The position numbers were made by a program, and so were the translations under genes. A DNA stretch of 57,085 nucleotides from Octopus bimaculoides (Eukaryota), in contig NC_069001.1 in assembly GCF_001194135.2 (NCBI RefSeq), positions 27,784,197 through 27,841,281 on the forward strand, read 5' to 3'. Below, in pieces: positions 24,507-37,087 of this stretch. Under the pieces are notes generated by a model. It had not been told where the DNA came from, searched no databases, and saw nothing but the letters and a program-made list of their open reading frames with translations. Within the stretch, counting starts at the first letter, position 1, and every line of letters starts with the position of its first letter.

Positions 24507-25169
24507 ATGCATGTGATTTTCCTTATGTTTTTACAAATCAGAGTCGATGAAAACTAATTTCCTACAATGATCTTTCGATACACACTTCCGAACAACTACA
24601 GGCAATGTTTCTCCTTTGCAAATAGAGATTTCTTGATTTGTGCTACCCATTACTTTTATAGAGAAGAATATCAGTAAATGTATATTTAAACTGATGTCTC
24701 TAATTATTCGATTTCCTGCTGAGTAGATTTATATTCTACTGCGTGTGTTTGTTGCATCTATTTCTTATTTTGTAGCAACTATTTTGGACTGGAAATCTAG
24801 CACGACGTGGGATTAGATCGAATAAAATCTTAATTGCATTGTACGAAAATGGAGTCCGATTATTTAGCCATGCACAAGACATAAAGACTGTAACAGAGAA
24901 ATTTACTTACATATATCTTAGAAGAAAATCTACAGCTAGTACAGCTTGACCCTAGGTCTACCAGAGGAAATGTATGTCACTAATTACCAACAATCTTCTT
25001 TTAATTAAATCTTATTCAAACTACCACTATTTAGCTACATTATATATGCTGTCAGATGAATGAAGAATTTCTGTTTCTCACAAATTTAAGAAAAAATACA
25101 GTTTACAGAATATATCATAAATTTTAAAAATTACAAAAATACAGAATTGCAGCTCCTCATGGCAGTGAA

Positions 25170-26725
25170 TGCAGACAACATTGGAATGTTCTTGGCAAAC
25201 ATGGATATTACATGTAGTGCGAATTTTCCTGTCGTTTTTGGGGCCACGCAAAGAACATCTCCCTTTTTTTTTGGTTGAAATATCTCAGATAAGGTTGAAG
25301 ATTGTCTTCTTTTCTTGTTTAGTTTAGACATGTTAGCAGAACTAGAAGATTGTTTGTCATGTTCTTGTTTAGCATTAACTCCAGCAAGTTCCTTTCCTAA
25401 CTGAAGTAGACACTGTCTTCTTTTATCCTTGAAACTTTGTAAGTGAAGCTGTTAAGCAGCAATGAAAGCATTCACTGCACTTACATCAATCATGTTGTAG
25501 AATATAACCATAGGCCATCATCGAGTCATACTTTTGCAAGTGTATGTCCTTACCATCTTATCTAGGGTATCTACTCCTCCTTTTGTTTTGTTGTAACATG
25601 TAATAACTTCAGGTTTCTTTTCAACACTTTTTGAATCAGTTGAATGCTGAGAGTGCATTGTACTCATAAGTGTGACAACATAATTTTTCTTGGGACAATG
25701 CGATATGATCATAGAATCCCTTTGAAATCCAAATATTGTTTTGTTGATTTCTATTTCAACTGTTTTCGTTCTTATTATTCCGAATAAAGTGATTTTCTTG
25801 CTAAGCAGCTTTGGAACCAATCCTAGACTTGTAAAGAAATTAGCACAAGTTATACTGTGACCGGTACTTTCAAGTTCCTTTACTAGGTCTTCAACGACTT
25901 TTGAACCTTGGTTTGTCTTTCTCCCTTTTACTCTGTCTTTTCCAGGCATAAGATGTTTCACTGTCACATATTACCCAAATCTTAATTTCATATTTTCCTG
26001 ATTTTGAATGAATATATACCTGGAGTGAGCAGCGACCTCTGAATGAACCTAATTGTTCATGAACTGTCATGCATGAACTTGGAATATATCCGTCTCGCAA
26101 ATTATGCTCCCAAATTTCAAATACTTCTCTTATGGGCCCCAATTTATCATCAACTCGCTTTTTTCGTCCTTCACTAGCATCATCAAAACGCAATACTTGT
26201 GAAATTTGTTGAAATCTTCACCGGCTCATAATTTTGTTGAATAATGGGCGGCCATCTTCATGACTCCATAACTGTGTGAAATGTTCAGGTTTAGATTTAG
26301 ACACCTATAAGAATAATAAGTCCAATATAATTTCATTAGTTCAGAGTGATCAATTCCCTTCCATCTATCTTTTAAACAACCCGACCTTCAACTTTTGTCC
26401 ATTTACGAATTACTTCCAGAAGATTCTGACGCATAAAGATAATAAAACAGGTTTCAATGTTATCGCAAAACATTTTAGCAAAAAAGATGATCCACATTCT
26501 TGGCACACAGTATTGCAAGATGAAGTTTTTACTGCTGCTCGCGTAAGAGGATTAGAATGCCAAACGTCTTGTCTGTCCCTAGATACATCTTGCTCATTCA
26601 TAATTGAGTGGCTTGCAGATAATTGCTTTTGAGTATTTTCATCATTCGATGACACAGAACCTAAACAGTCCAGCACACAATCACTTTCACCATCATCTTC
26701 AGAACAATAGAATGAATCACTAAAA
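25170..26725 (-). pseudogene. piggyBac transposase pseudogene (frameshifts and stops)
   Basis: Motifs: acidic N-terminus, EDGRPLFNKIMSR*RFQQISQVLRFDD, CMTVHEQLGSFRGRC, KYEIKIWVICDSETSYAW, SITCANFFTS, VTLMSTMH and KKPEVITCYNKTKGGVDTLDKMVRTYTCK. A C-terminal Cys-rich domain (KRRC.LCG...C..C...H..VVCIHC) lies in a shifted frame near 25170-25270. Confidence 0.93.
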
Positions 26726-26794
26726 ATTCTAAAACTTAAAAAACAATTTTATTGTTTCCTTTTTCAAATGCGACATTTCATGCCAGACAACCTA

Positions 26795-26859
<65 letters not shown>

Positions 26860-26899
26860 NNNNNNNNNNTATGTGTGTATATATCTATGACCACATGTG

Positions 26900-27030
26900 A
26901 ATCGTTGGTGATTTTCTTCCTCCGTCTTCCCTTCTATTGGACTCTCCTCTGTTTCCGAAGAAGAGCGTCTGCTAAAACGTCACATGTACTTAGTCCTCGC
27001 GTCGTTGTGTTTTTTGTGTTTGTTCTTTCT
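26900..27030 (+). mobile_element. Penelope-like terminal-repeat remnant with decayed hammerhead-like motif
   Basis: CT-rich tract followed by CCGAAGA-A-GAGC-gtct-GCTA-AAACGTC (26955-26981). Confidence 0.4.
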
Positions 27031-28172
27031 GGATATCTATCTATCTATCTATCTATGTGTGCGTGGGATATAGGTGTGTATGTATGTATATTACATCAAT
27101 TTGGGGTACATAGACGCACACACATCGAAAAATTCACAATTTAACAAACATCACCTATAATTCTAGTGATTCATGTTATATTAATTGTGTTGAAACTCAT
27201 CAATAAATTTGCGTAAAAATGTTTCAGATACTATAGCATTTTTATGCAAATTTTCATACCTACCCGAAGCAATAATATGCAGAATATAATAAAATAATGA
27301 TTTTGACTTTGAATGTATTAACACTAATTGCCAAATGACAACTTGCTTTTCGCAAAACTAACGTTAATTCGTATGTTGTATATATTATTTAGAGTTAATT
27401 ATAACCAATATAATAATCATATTAATTATAACCTTTATAATGACAATACAAATTTTATAGATATCGTTTTGAAAAAGGTAAATATTCAATTTACATTTTA
27501 TTGTTGTGATAAGTATATGAAAATACTTAAATATGAATCTGTAATAGATTCTTTAATGCATTTATTCAATTGGTAATAACATAACATTTCGGGATTTTGA
27601 AGCACTACATGTAACGCATGGCGTCCATCATATTTAGAGAACTGCATTTGAGAGAAATTGATGAATTTTGTCACAGGATTTTATATAATTTGATAAATTT
27701 TATATTGTTAAAAATTTACTTAGTGAAATATTCGACAAAACAGTATAAATATTGTAAATAGCATGGGAATTAAAGTAAACTTCGTTGATTTTCTTGCAAG
27801 TGACAAAAACAGCTTCACATATTTGATTCATTTAAAGTGTTTATCTTTACACAGCTAATTCTCTTCTGAATTGAGTTTAATGTTTACGTGTTTACAACAC
27901 ATTATATTTCATATAAATCAGGAACGCAATTTTGACACGAAATCATTGCAAAATCCTCTTCGCAAAAAGTAATGTAAGTTCCCGTGTTCATAATTTTTGT
28001 ATTCTTATATATATGACTACAAATTAATTCAACAATTTTGATGTTACCATGTTGAGGGCGAACATGAAAGACTATTGGTATTCCCGTAATTTGGAAGGAT
28101 GTTCTACTAGTTGTTTGCGTGACTGAGAAACTACGCTGCTGTTGCACTAGAACAGTACTATGTCCAATATAC

Positions 28173-28379
28173 CGACGATCATGCAGAATGGTTCGCACAC
28201 CAGGAAAAATGCTTAACGGTATTTCGCCCGCACTACGATCTCAGTTCAAGTCACGCCGATGTCGACTTTGATATTCATCTGTTGGGGGTCGATAAAATAC
28301 CTAGCGTTTGAGAGCACTGGGGGCCGGTGAAATCGATCTAACCCTCTAAAATTGCTGGACTTGTGCCAAAATTTGAAAA
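28173..28379 (+). mobile_element. tRNA-derived SINE, family A
   Basis: GCAGAATGG...AAATGCTTAACGGTATTTCG head, B box AGTTCAAGTC, and tail GGACTTGTGCCAAAATTTGAAAAC. CAATATAC is repeated on both flanks. Confidence 0.85.
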
Positions 28380-29126
28380 CAATATACATACATACATACA
28401 AAAATATATATATGTTAAATATATATTTTTTTAAACAAAAATTTGGTAAAAATATAGTATCTGTTAACAATCTTAGCAAAAAACTCACAGTTGAGTTTTT
28501 GTATATATATATATCAACTTTAAATAGAGCTCAAAATTGATCCGTTGAAAATACTTTATTACAACAACAACAATAATAATAATAATAATGAAATAGACCT
28601 ATGTACGTTTCGATAGAACATCCAGAATGATTAATACATATCATAAAATATTATTACATATTATAAAATATAGGATACTCCATCTCCTCAGGGTCTCCTC
28701 TGCTCAACCAAATCCTTTGGGGAAAATGGTTAGGAAAACATAAAGAGTATGTTAAGTGGAAGTTTGATAGCTAAATCATTAATGGCGTTACATTCAGACA
28801 ACAGTCCATAATATTTTAATGTGTAACTTGGGTGATTGTGTGAAGTTGACAGGAAATTTGCTATTACTGTGATTGTACATTTTACAAGAACGTGTAACAA
28901 CGACTGAACTAGACATTTTGTAATTACCATATCTTTCACATATTGTGACTGGGATTAAAATGCAGAAAATTCACAATTACGTATCAAAGCACCACACAGA
29001 TATAAAAATATTTGTTCACTTATTTTTTAATCCCCGTTTCTAGAAAATCTAATGGTGAAATTTGATAATATCATTATTATTACTATTATTATTTATTATT
29101 ATTATTATTGTTGTTGTTGTTGTTGG

Positions 29127-29720
29127 CTCCAAGTCTCAATCAGTGACCTCAAGAGACAACAATTTAGACGTTCATGTTGGTGTTATGCCTAGGGTGTCAT
29201 ATATTTGGTTTTGCACATAAAATAGTTCTAGAGAATGTTTAACAAAACAAGAAAATTATGAGGTTATTTTAAAATTTGAGATTACATAGACAGTATTTCA
29301 TGTAGGATATGGGCAGTTCCCATGGGCACTATCTTTTGAACTTCTGCCATTTTAGGTTTGCCTGGTATCTGAGCTAGGTAGCAATCAGCCACTTTTACTA
29401 TCATTCCAAGGACACTTATAGCAACAGGTATTGTTTTAGTCTTGTTTTGCCAATTTCTATTTCAAGATCTTTATACTTGCTCACTTTTGGTCAAGTCTTT
29501 ACAGATGCATTTATGTCGATTGGGAGAGTCATATCAATGAGGAGACATCATTTTGTCTGAAATCTTTCAATATAATTCCTGGCCTATTCGCATCTCTCTT
29601 TCTGTCTGTTTCAATGGTGAAGTTTCAGAGGAGTGAGATATCATCATTTTCAAGCACTGGAGGTAGCTTTTGTTCTCATCAACTTTTATCATGGAGTAGG
29701 TACAGGTTGTTCATAATAGC
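29127..29720 (-). mobile_element. R4/Dong-like LINE 3' fragment (REL domain and 3' UTR)
   Basis: VLENDDISLL*NFTIETDRKRDANRPGIILKDF (the RPD REL motif is altered to RPG), then KTKTIPVAISVLGMI...IPGKPKMAEVQKIVPMGTAHILHEILSM*. Tail (AAC)n(AAT)n on the element strand. Confidence 0.85.
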
Positions 29721-29744
29721 CCTGAATAAGGGTTGCTTAAGGAT

Positions 29745-30072
29745 CACGAACGAAACATCTATCTATCCAGACGTGAATTGTTCAAACACCATAGAATTCC
29801 TCTCAACACATGGCTGTGATGCTCCCCTACTACTTCTACTGGTGATGAGATTGGTTCATATTGTCAGCCACCAAGGAACATTCTCAGCTGGTTAAAGTCA
29901 AACAACTGACGAAAATAGTCTGTGGTATTGAGCAGAATATTTGCTGCAACCCTTTCTTCGCCTTTTATCTTTTCGGGGTTGATGAAATAAGTAGCAGTTA
30001 GGCGCTGGGGTTAACGTAACACATTGGACCCTCCTCACACGTTTCAGGCCTTGTGCCTATATTAGAAAGGAT
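29745..30072 (+). mobile_element. SINE-like interspersed repeat ending in a family A 3' half
   Basis: The 3' part (CCTTTTATCTTTTCGGGGTTGATGAAATAAGTAGCAG...CAGGCCTTGTGCCTATATTAGAAAGG-(ATC)n) matches family A. The 5' part is a different repeat recalled from octopus DNA and not verified. Confidence 0.55.
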
Positions 30073-32526
30073 CATCATCATCATCATCATCATCATCATC
30101 TTTATTGTTATCTATATTCTTCTACCGTCTTTAACATCGTTAAGTAGCGGAATCTTTAGTTTGTCGTACAAAATGTTTCGCACTATTTAGTTCGGCATTT
30201 TATTTTTAATCACCTTCATGTTCGTATTTCCTTATATTACTATCGAAAAAGTGTCAGCATTGTCGGACAGCAAAAATTATTAGCGTTTGGGGCGATTGGA
30301 AGGAATTATTGAGACACTTTTGTGTATTGATAATATGCGGTTTGCTGGTTGGAATCTATTCGGACCGATGTAGTAAAATTTGCTTTACGCATGTATATAT
30401 CTCCTTTCTTTCGACACATCTTTAACTATGTTGTGACAGATGATTGTTGACCTACGTGCCTTTGATTTTCAATAGCCATCTTTATACTTTCGAATTTAGA
30501 ATCTATTTCTGAGCCATTCGGAGGTCATGGTTGCCTACTTATCTGAGACGCTTCTGGACATTATTCTGAATCGTACATGGGAACTCCATTTTTGTTATTG
30601 CTGTTACAAATTACACCAGTATTCCTAAAACACTGTCACACTTCAAGATCAGTTGAAGACTTCTGAATATCAATACGATGTTTGCTAAGCATTTTTGATC
30701 TTGTCGACTTAGCACATAATAATTTCTCGATATGTAAATTACCGCACATAGTCTAATGGACCACCACTGACAACTCAGAGAAACAAACAGGTACACATAT
30801 GCACTCACATACACACACATGCACTCACAAATATATATGTTATATTATATTACGTATAACATATACTATCTATATCATATTTATTATAGTGCATTACATT
30901 ATGTATATCTTGTGTGTGTGTGTGTGTGAGTGTGTGTGTGTTTGAGTGTGTTTGTAAGTGTGTATGTGTCTGTGGGTGAGTGCATGTGTGTGCGTACGCA
31001 CGTTCATTTAGGGCTATATATATATATATATATATATATNNNNNNNNNNNNNNNNNNNNNNNNNNNNNNNNTATATATATCATGTTCTTGTGGTACTGAT
31101 TTTAAGACCTGCTTGTGTACATTGGAAATATAATCCAAGATAAATATAAAAAGTAATGATCATGAATGGAAAATATTTTACATAGAAATATACTAGAATT
31201 GTCGTGGGACCAACTAACACACGAAGCAACAGCATGAATAAAACCAGGCATTTCGAATTTCAATTTCAATATAATTTGTTCATGCTTCACTTAAGGCAAG
31301 CTGTGGATCTAACAGTATTCCATTAGTCACAAGAATTCCATGTCAATGTGACCCAGCTGACTTTGTACGTTTGAAATGTCTTTCCTAATAGCTTGATCAT
31401 CTCCAAAGTATTGTCACAGGAAATTTTTTAATGGGCTTGCAGATGTGCAGTGTTCGGCCTTTTTCATGAGCAGACACAAGCAGTCGTTTCTCTCTTACAA
31501 GATTGTGCATTAATTTTAGTTTTTTTCTGTAAAATCCTTATTGATATTTTTTCTTTGACGGCATTGGAAATGAAAAAAAAAAAAGCGAAGATCAAAGAGG
31601 TCCTCTGTACGCACTTGAATGATATGGAGTTGCTACTGTATCATTCCAATTCAAGCCACATTACACATATTTTGTGTTAACTGTTCCATTAAGATAAATG
31701 TTGTAATCATCGATTTAGAGTATGTCTTCCATTAATGCTTGTTTTTTTTTTTTCCTTTTAGAGAACCAAAAGTTTTTACGAGCGAATCGATTTAGTAGCA
31801 TATTTTCTTGCACTATTGACCATTCGTAAGGTTACAAATAGATTTGCCTGTCCAAGATATGCAGGACGTAATATTTTGTAGTGTTCGAGATTATTCTAGT
31901 TGACGGGTAGTATTAGGGAAGTTTTATGTAACGCAAAACAGATATAATTCCCGTGGTTTAAATATTTAAGCAGTTACATAATTATATATTGCATTTATAA
32001 CAAACAATTATTTTGAAATTCGGCTGATGATTTATTAGCTTAATCTTAAAATTACAAAAATGGCTTAGTTGAAGCTTACTCTAATTTGCATTAACTTGTC
32101 CATAAATTTGCTGATAACATTGTTAGAAATAAATGGGAGTAGAAAGTCAAAGGCAAGAACCGCGTGGTTATGAGAAAAAAACTTCGAATAAGCAGGAAAA
32201 AAAAGAACGTGGGTGTAATAGGCTTAATACAATATATTACACATGATGCATATACATGATGGAACGTGTGTGAGACTTCTGTCCTCTTTTATTTATCGAT
32301 GCGAAACGCTCTGTTGCAGACGTTCTCAGTATATCGTTTCTGCATATATATTTAAATCAGTTCAGAATAACCGATCACTGGAACACGCACAAATATATTA
32401 CAGAACAGTCAGCATGTATTGACTTCTGTTTCTACGGTTTGTTGCTTAGGAATGCACACAAACACACACACATACACACACACAAGCATACGCAAATCTG
32501 CCTACATAGATACACACACACACACA

Positions 32527-32570
<44 letters not shown>

Positions 32571-32653
32571 NNNNNNNNNNNNNNNNNNNNNNNNNNNNNN
32601 NNNNNNNNNNNNNNNNNNNNNNNNNNNNNNNNNNNNNNNNNNNNNNNNNNNNN

Positions 32654-32698
<45 letters not shown>

Positions 32699-32760
32699 TA
32701 GGTCATAACACCGGGGACGCCGAGGTGCATGCTAGTATACGTATTGAATATATAGATTTG

Positions 32761-32792
32761 TACTAGCAATGCATCCCGGCATACCCGGCATT
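32761..32792 (+). mobile_element. Helitron-like 5' terminal remnant
   Basis: TACTAGCAATGCATCCCGGCATACCCGG resembles the T^CTAG...CCCGGC..GCCCGG start of invertebrate Helitrons. Very short. Confidence 0.3.
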
Positions 32793-32849
32793 GTGATCTA
32801 CAGGCTTGTGGCTCGATCTGTGATTATATCTTTTAATTTATTACTTTGA

Positions 32850-33560
32850 GCAATGATGAGTCGGTTTAATTTGGCAATGTTGAAGATATGCAGGTGACAT
32901 GGGTATTGTGCCGCTATAAACGGTATGACTTGTTCCTGTTTTTCTCTTCTTTGGGTTGCTCTCAGTTGTTGTGTGGGAATTTTTATAGCTTTCTGTATGC
33001 CATTTTCTATAAGTATTAGACGAGTATTTTTGTTTGAGCAAAGATTATCTTAGTTCTGTTAGGCGTTTGTTCCTGATATTTTCCCATTTTACAGGGTGTC
33101 CACAAAGTTTGCGTACATGGAGTAAATAAAATCATAACATAAACAATTAAATATAAGAAATAATAATTTCTTAAAGTATTTGTTAATGCCATGTACCCAG
33201 ACTTTGTGGACACCCTGTACAATGGTATACATTTTTCTAGCTAGGCAGTATGGGATTTTGCGTTTTGTATTTGGTGGATGGCACGACTTAAAATACATGT
33301 ATTGATGTGTGTCCGTGTGTTTGTAATATATATCTGTGGTAATGGTGGTGTACCTTTGAATTTCCGTTATATCTAAGAATGGTAATTTGGTATTACTCAT
33401 CTCCTTTGTAAATTGGAGAGATGGATGTAGGTTGTTCTGGAGGATATTGAACTTTTCCAGAGTATTAAATATGATAAACCAATGCAAAAATGAATACCTC
33501 ACTATACGCAGGGGTACACTATTGCCATATCCTCTCCTAAACGCTAGAAGTTTCCCTCCC
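32850..33560 (-). mobile_element. Penelope-like element, RT thumb/linker fragment interrupted by a MITE
   Basis: NNLHPSLQFTKEMSNTKLPFLDI...TTDIYYKHTDTHQYMYFKSCHPPNTKRKIPYCLARKMYTIV. After the MITE the homology resumes with ..RNKRLTELR*SLLKQKYS...QKAIKIPTQQLR...VIPFI. Confidence 0.88.
33092..33217. mobile_element. 126-bp Tc1/mariner-type MITE
   Basis: 29-bp terminal inverted repeats CAGGGTGTCCACAAAGT(T/C)TG(C/G)GTACATGG with 2 mismatches. TA duplicated at 33090-33091 and 33218-33219. Confidence 0.95.
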
Positions 33561-33760
33561 ATTTCTCTCCCTTTCTCAGTTTTCTTCCCGTAAACGTCTC
33601 CCTTTCTCTCTGTCTCGCTCATGCTCTTTTTTGAACTTCATTTTGTACTTGTTTCAATCATTAGACTGCTGCCATTTTCGGTCACCGATTTGAAGAATTT
33701 TAGCCGAACTTTTTACTTTTTCTAATTTTCAATTTTTCTACTTTTTACTTTTGTACTTTT

Positions 33761-33854
33761 ACTTTTTAATTTTTGTACATTTTACTTTTGTTCTTTTTAC
33801 TTTTTAATTTTTGTACATTTTACTTTTGTTCTTTTTACTTTTTAATTTTTGTAC
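33761..33854. repeat. 38-bp T-rich minisatellite (~2.5 copies)
   Basis: ACTTTTTAATTTTTGTACATTTTACTTTTGTTCTTTTT starts at 33761, 33799 and (partial) 33837. Confidence 0.9.
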
Positions 33855-33884
33855 TTTTTAGTTTTTGTAAAGCCTGGCACTCAT

Positions 33885-34090
33885 GCTATCGACGTTCTTT
33901 TGCCGAACTGCTAAGTTACGGAGATGTAAACACAAGAACACCAAGCAGTGGTGGGGGACAAATACATACAAGCACACATACACACACACACACAAATGCA
34001 TACACACACACACACACACACGAGGGGTTTCAGTTTCTGCCTACCAAATCTACACTCTCACAAGACTTTGGTCAACCCGAGGCCATAGTA
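33885..34090 (-). mobile_element. SINE family B, partial
   Basis: TTTTGCCGAACTGCTAAGTTACGG...(CA)n...TTTCAGTTTCTGCCTACCAAATC...TTTGGTCAACCCGAGGC matches 15653-16084. Confidence 0.8.
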
Positions 34091-34699
34091 TAAATCAGGT
34101 GTAATGCGGTGGCACCTGAGGAAAGTGTCTTTTACTATACCTATTGGTGTAATGCACTCTTCTATGTTCTTTATCCTTTTTGTATATTATTAAAATAATT
34201 TTATTTTTATATTCAATTAAATTATTAATATGTATGATTCTTCTTTTATTTCCTTTCCATGTATGATCCTTCACTGTAAATTACTCAGTTTATTTAAAAA
34301 GTTTCTCCACAGACTTGTAAGCCTCGTTTATATTACTTCAAAATTAAGTATTTAAACTCCATGTTTATTATTAGTAGTATGTTTTTAACTAAAACCCAAA
34401 TAAGCATGCTTACAATTTACAAATACAATATTTCAGCGTTACCATTTAAGTGAATTATCGATCTGACCTAAGCATCAAAGGTAATGATTGATCTAGGAGC
34501 AGTGAAAACCATTTTGGTAGTAATACCTTGAAATAAGTATATAATTTTTATTTCAGTTAAAAGTTAGTCTAGCAAATATATATCTAAAAATGTAATATTT
34601 TTGTTACCATTAAACTATGCAGTAACTTAATTGTATTTTATATATTTTTTCCATTTCTTTTATTAGATGACGATGCTGTTGAATGTCTAACAGAGTCCT

Positions 34700-34922
34700 T
34701 AATCTCAACGCAAGTTCACACTCTAGGATTCAGTCTCACTACGCAGCACCATAAGGTAGGTGTCTTTTAATATAGTCTTGGGCCGACCAAAGCCTTGTCA
34801 GTAGATTTGGTACTCGGCAAGTGATAGAACCACGTAGCATGTGTGTGTGTGGGAGGAGAAATAAGTTCTCGAGTTGATTTATTCGACTAAGACTATTCAA
34901 GGGGTTACAGAAACAAGTAAAC
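34700..34922 (+). mobile_element. SINE family B, decayed and internally deleted
   Basis: GTGTCTTTTAATATAGTCTTGGGCCGACCAAAGCCTTGTCAGTAGATTTGGTA ... GAAACAAGTAAA. Confidence 0.65.
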
Positions 34923-35029
34923 TTGTGTTATAGTCACCTGATGTTGATCCATTAAAAAAAAAATTATATATACATATAGTAGCGTACGTACACTTTGTAA
35001 GTATCAACATTCTGTACAGCTATTTTACT

Positions 35030-35528
35030 CTTTCTTATGCTCCCTCCCATACTTTCTTCTGCCTGTCCTCTTTTCTTTTTCTCCCTTCTCCTCTCTCACA
35101 TTTCTTGGCCTTCTCTTTCTTTAATCTACCTACTTTTCCTCATTTATCACCCTTGTATCTTTTCTACATCCTTTGATTTTCTCTCTTTCTCGTTCTACTT
35201 CTAATTCTTCAATCGCTCTACCCTTACCTCTCTCTCTTCTTTCCACGTGACCAGTCTTTAGTCAAGCACAATATTTATCTGTTGGCTCAACCGCAAAGAA
35301 ATAAATATTTTGTCTTCGTTATTTAATGCTCTCAGCTTAGATGTTTGGCGCCAGTCAGATTTGAACAGTCTCCAGTGTAACCGTTCGAAACTATAAGGAC
35401 AGTCTGGAAACTTGACTGAGGAAAAAAGGCTACGAATGACCCGTCCTTGCTATTCCTGTCCGTGATTTTATCGTCTATTTGTCCGGATGTTTGATTGTTG
35501 TCTGTTGCGTTCTTGTTCGATTTGTTGC

Positions 35529-35530
<2 letters not shown>
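35030..35530 (+). mobile_element. Penelope-like pseudo-LTR remnant
   Basis: A long CT-rich tract ends in CCACGTGACCAG, followed by CGAAAC...GGACAGTCTGGAAAC.TGACTGAGGA...CGAATGACC.GTCC. This arrangement is recalled from octopus Penelope-type ends and is not database-verified. Confidence 0.45.
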
Positions 35531-35586
<56 letters not shown>

Positions 35587-36006
35587 TAAACAGTGACTTA
35601 CGGAAAGTTATCTATATTACAGGGTAATAAATGTGCGAGTCACAGATGTATATGTTTAAAATAGGTGGAAAATAAAGGTATAACTCAATATATAATTATT
35701 TATTTATAACAGATCTTGTATTCGTACAATATTTCAATTTACATGGCTGTGAAAATTGATAGTTCTATATCGATAATACGATAGACGCGTTTTTTTTTCC
35801 TTTTTCCCCGGTAAAGAGATTGGTATCCATATTGATACCTGTGTATGCATTTATTTTTGCACGTATGGATATATCTGTGTGTGTGAGAGAGAGGGTGTTT
35901 GAATACACATATATTGAGATGCAACAATATTGAAATGTACGTCTCTCTCTCTCTCTCTCTTCTTCTCTGTCTGTCTCTCTCTCTTCTTCTCTGTCTGTCT
36001 CTCTCT

Positions 36007-36056
<50 letters not shown>

Positions 36057-36456
36057 NNNNNNNNNNNNNNNNNNNNNNNNNNNNNNNNNNNNNNNNNNNN
36101 NNNNNNNNNNNNNNNNNNNNNNNNNNNNNNNNNNNNNNNNNNNNNNNNNNNNNNNNNNNNNNNNNNNNNNNNNNNNNNNNNNNNNNNNNNNNNNNNNNNN
36201 NNNNNNNNNNNNNNNNNNNNNNNNNNNNNNNNNNNNNNNNNNNNNNNNNNNNNNNNNNNNNNNNNNNNNNNNNNNNNNNNNNNNNNNNNNNNNNNNNNNN
36301 NNNNNNNNNNNNNNNNNNNNNNNNNNNNNNNNNNNNNNNNNNNNNNNNNNNNNNNNNNNNNNNNNNNNNNNNNNNNNNNNNNNNNNNNNNNNNNNNNNNN
36401 NNNNNNNNNNNNNNNNNNNNNNNNNNNNNNNNNNNNNNNNNNNNNNNNNNNNNNNN

Positions 36457-36490
<34 letters not shown>

Positions 36491-36979
36491 CACACGCACA
36501 TGTACATGAAGGTGTGTGCGGGAATAGGTGCTTGTATGTGCGTATATGCATGTGACACACTTGGAATTTAATGTTAGTCACATATCTAGAATGATAGCGA
36601 TTATGTAAGCATATTTCATATTTTATTTAGTAATCCTCTTCTGGTAATTGCATAATATTTGCTTTTTGATTGTCTGCAAATTTCGCATTCTTATTCGCAC
36701 TTTACAATTTATTGGTTGTGGGGTGGGGAAAGCGAACCACTTATGGATGTACTAGGTAGGAATTTAAATTATTCACCGCCGAATATATGCACCGACTCAT
36801 ACGTTTGTATACACGAACACATACTTATATTGACACATTTGCATAAAATGTATGTGATTTTACTCCAATGTGTTCACAGATATTAAATATATTTGCTTTG
36901 GAACTTGTGAAATTATCTACGAGATAAATTACGTTACTTCAAATATTACTATATTGATAATCTACTATTGGTTCAACTC

Positions 36980-37067
<88 letters not shown>

Positions 37068-37070
37068 TAT
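36980..37070. repeat. (AAT)n/(ATT)n microsatellite
   Basis: An AAT run is followed by an ATT run. Confidence 0.95.
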
Positions 37071-37087
37071 AGAAGATATGACTATTA

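Noticed and set aside
28048-28122. Minus-strand 75-nt exon candidate (TQTTSRTSFQITGIPIVFHVRPQH, faintly FN3-like)
   Set aside because: Splice signals are moderate, it is isolated, and the similarity is too weak.
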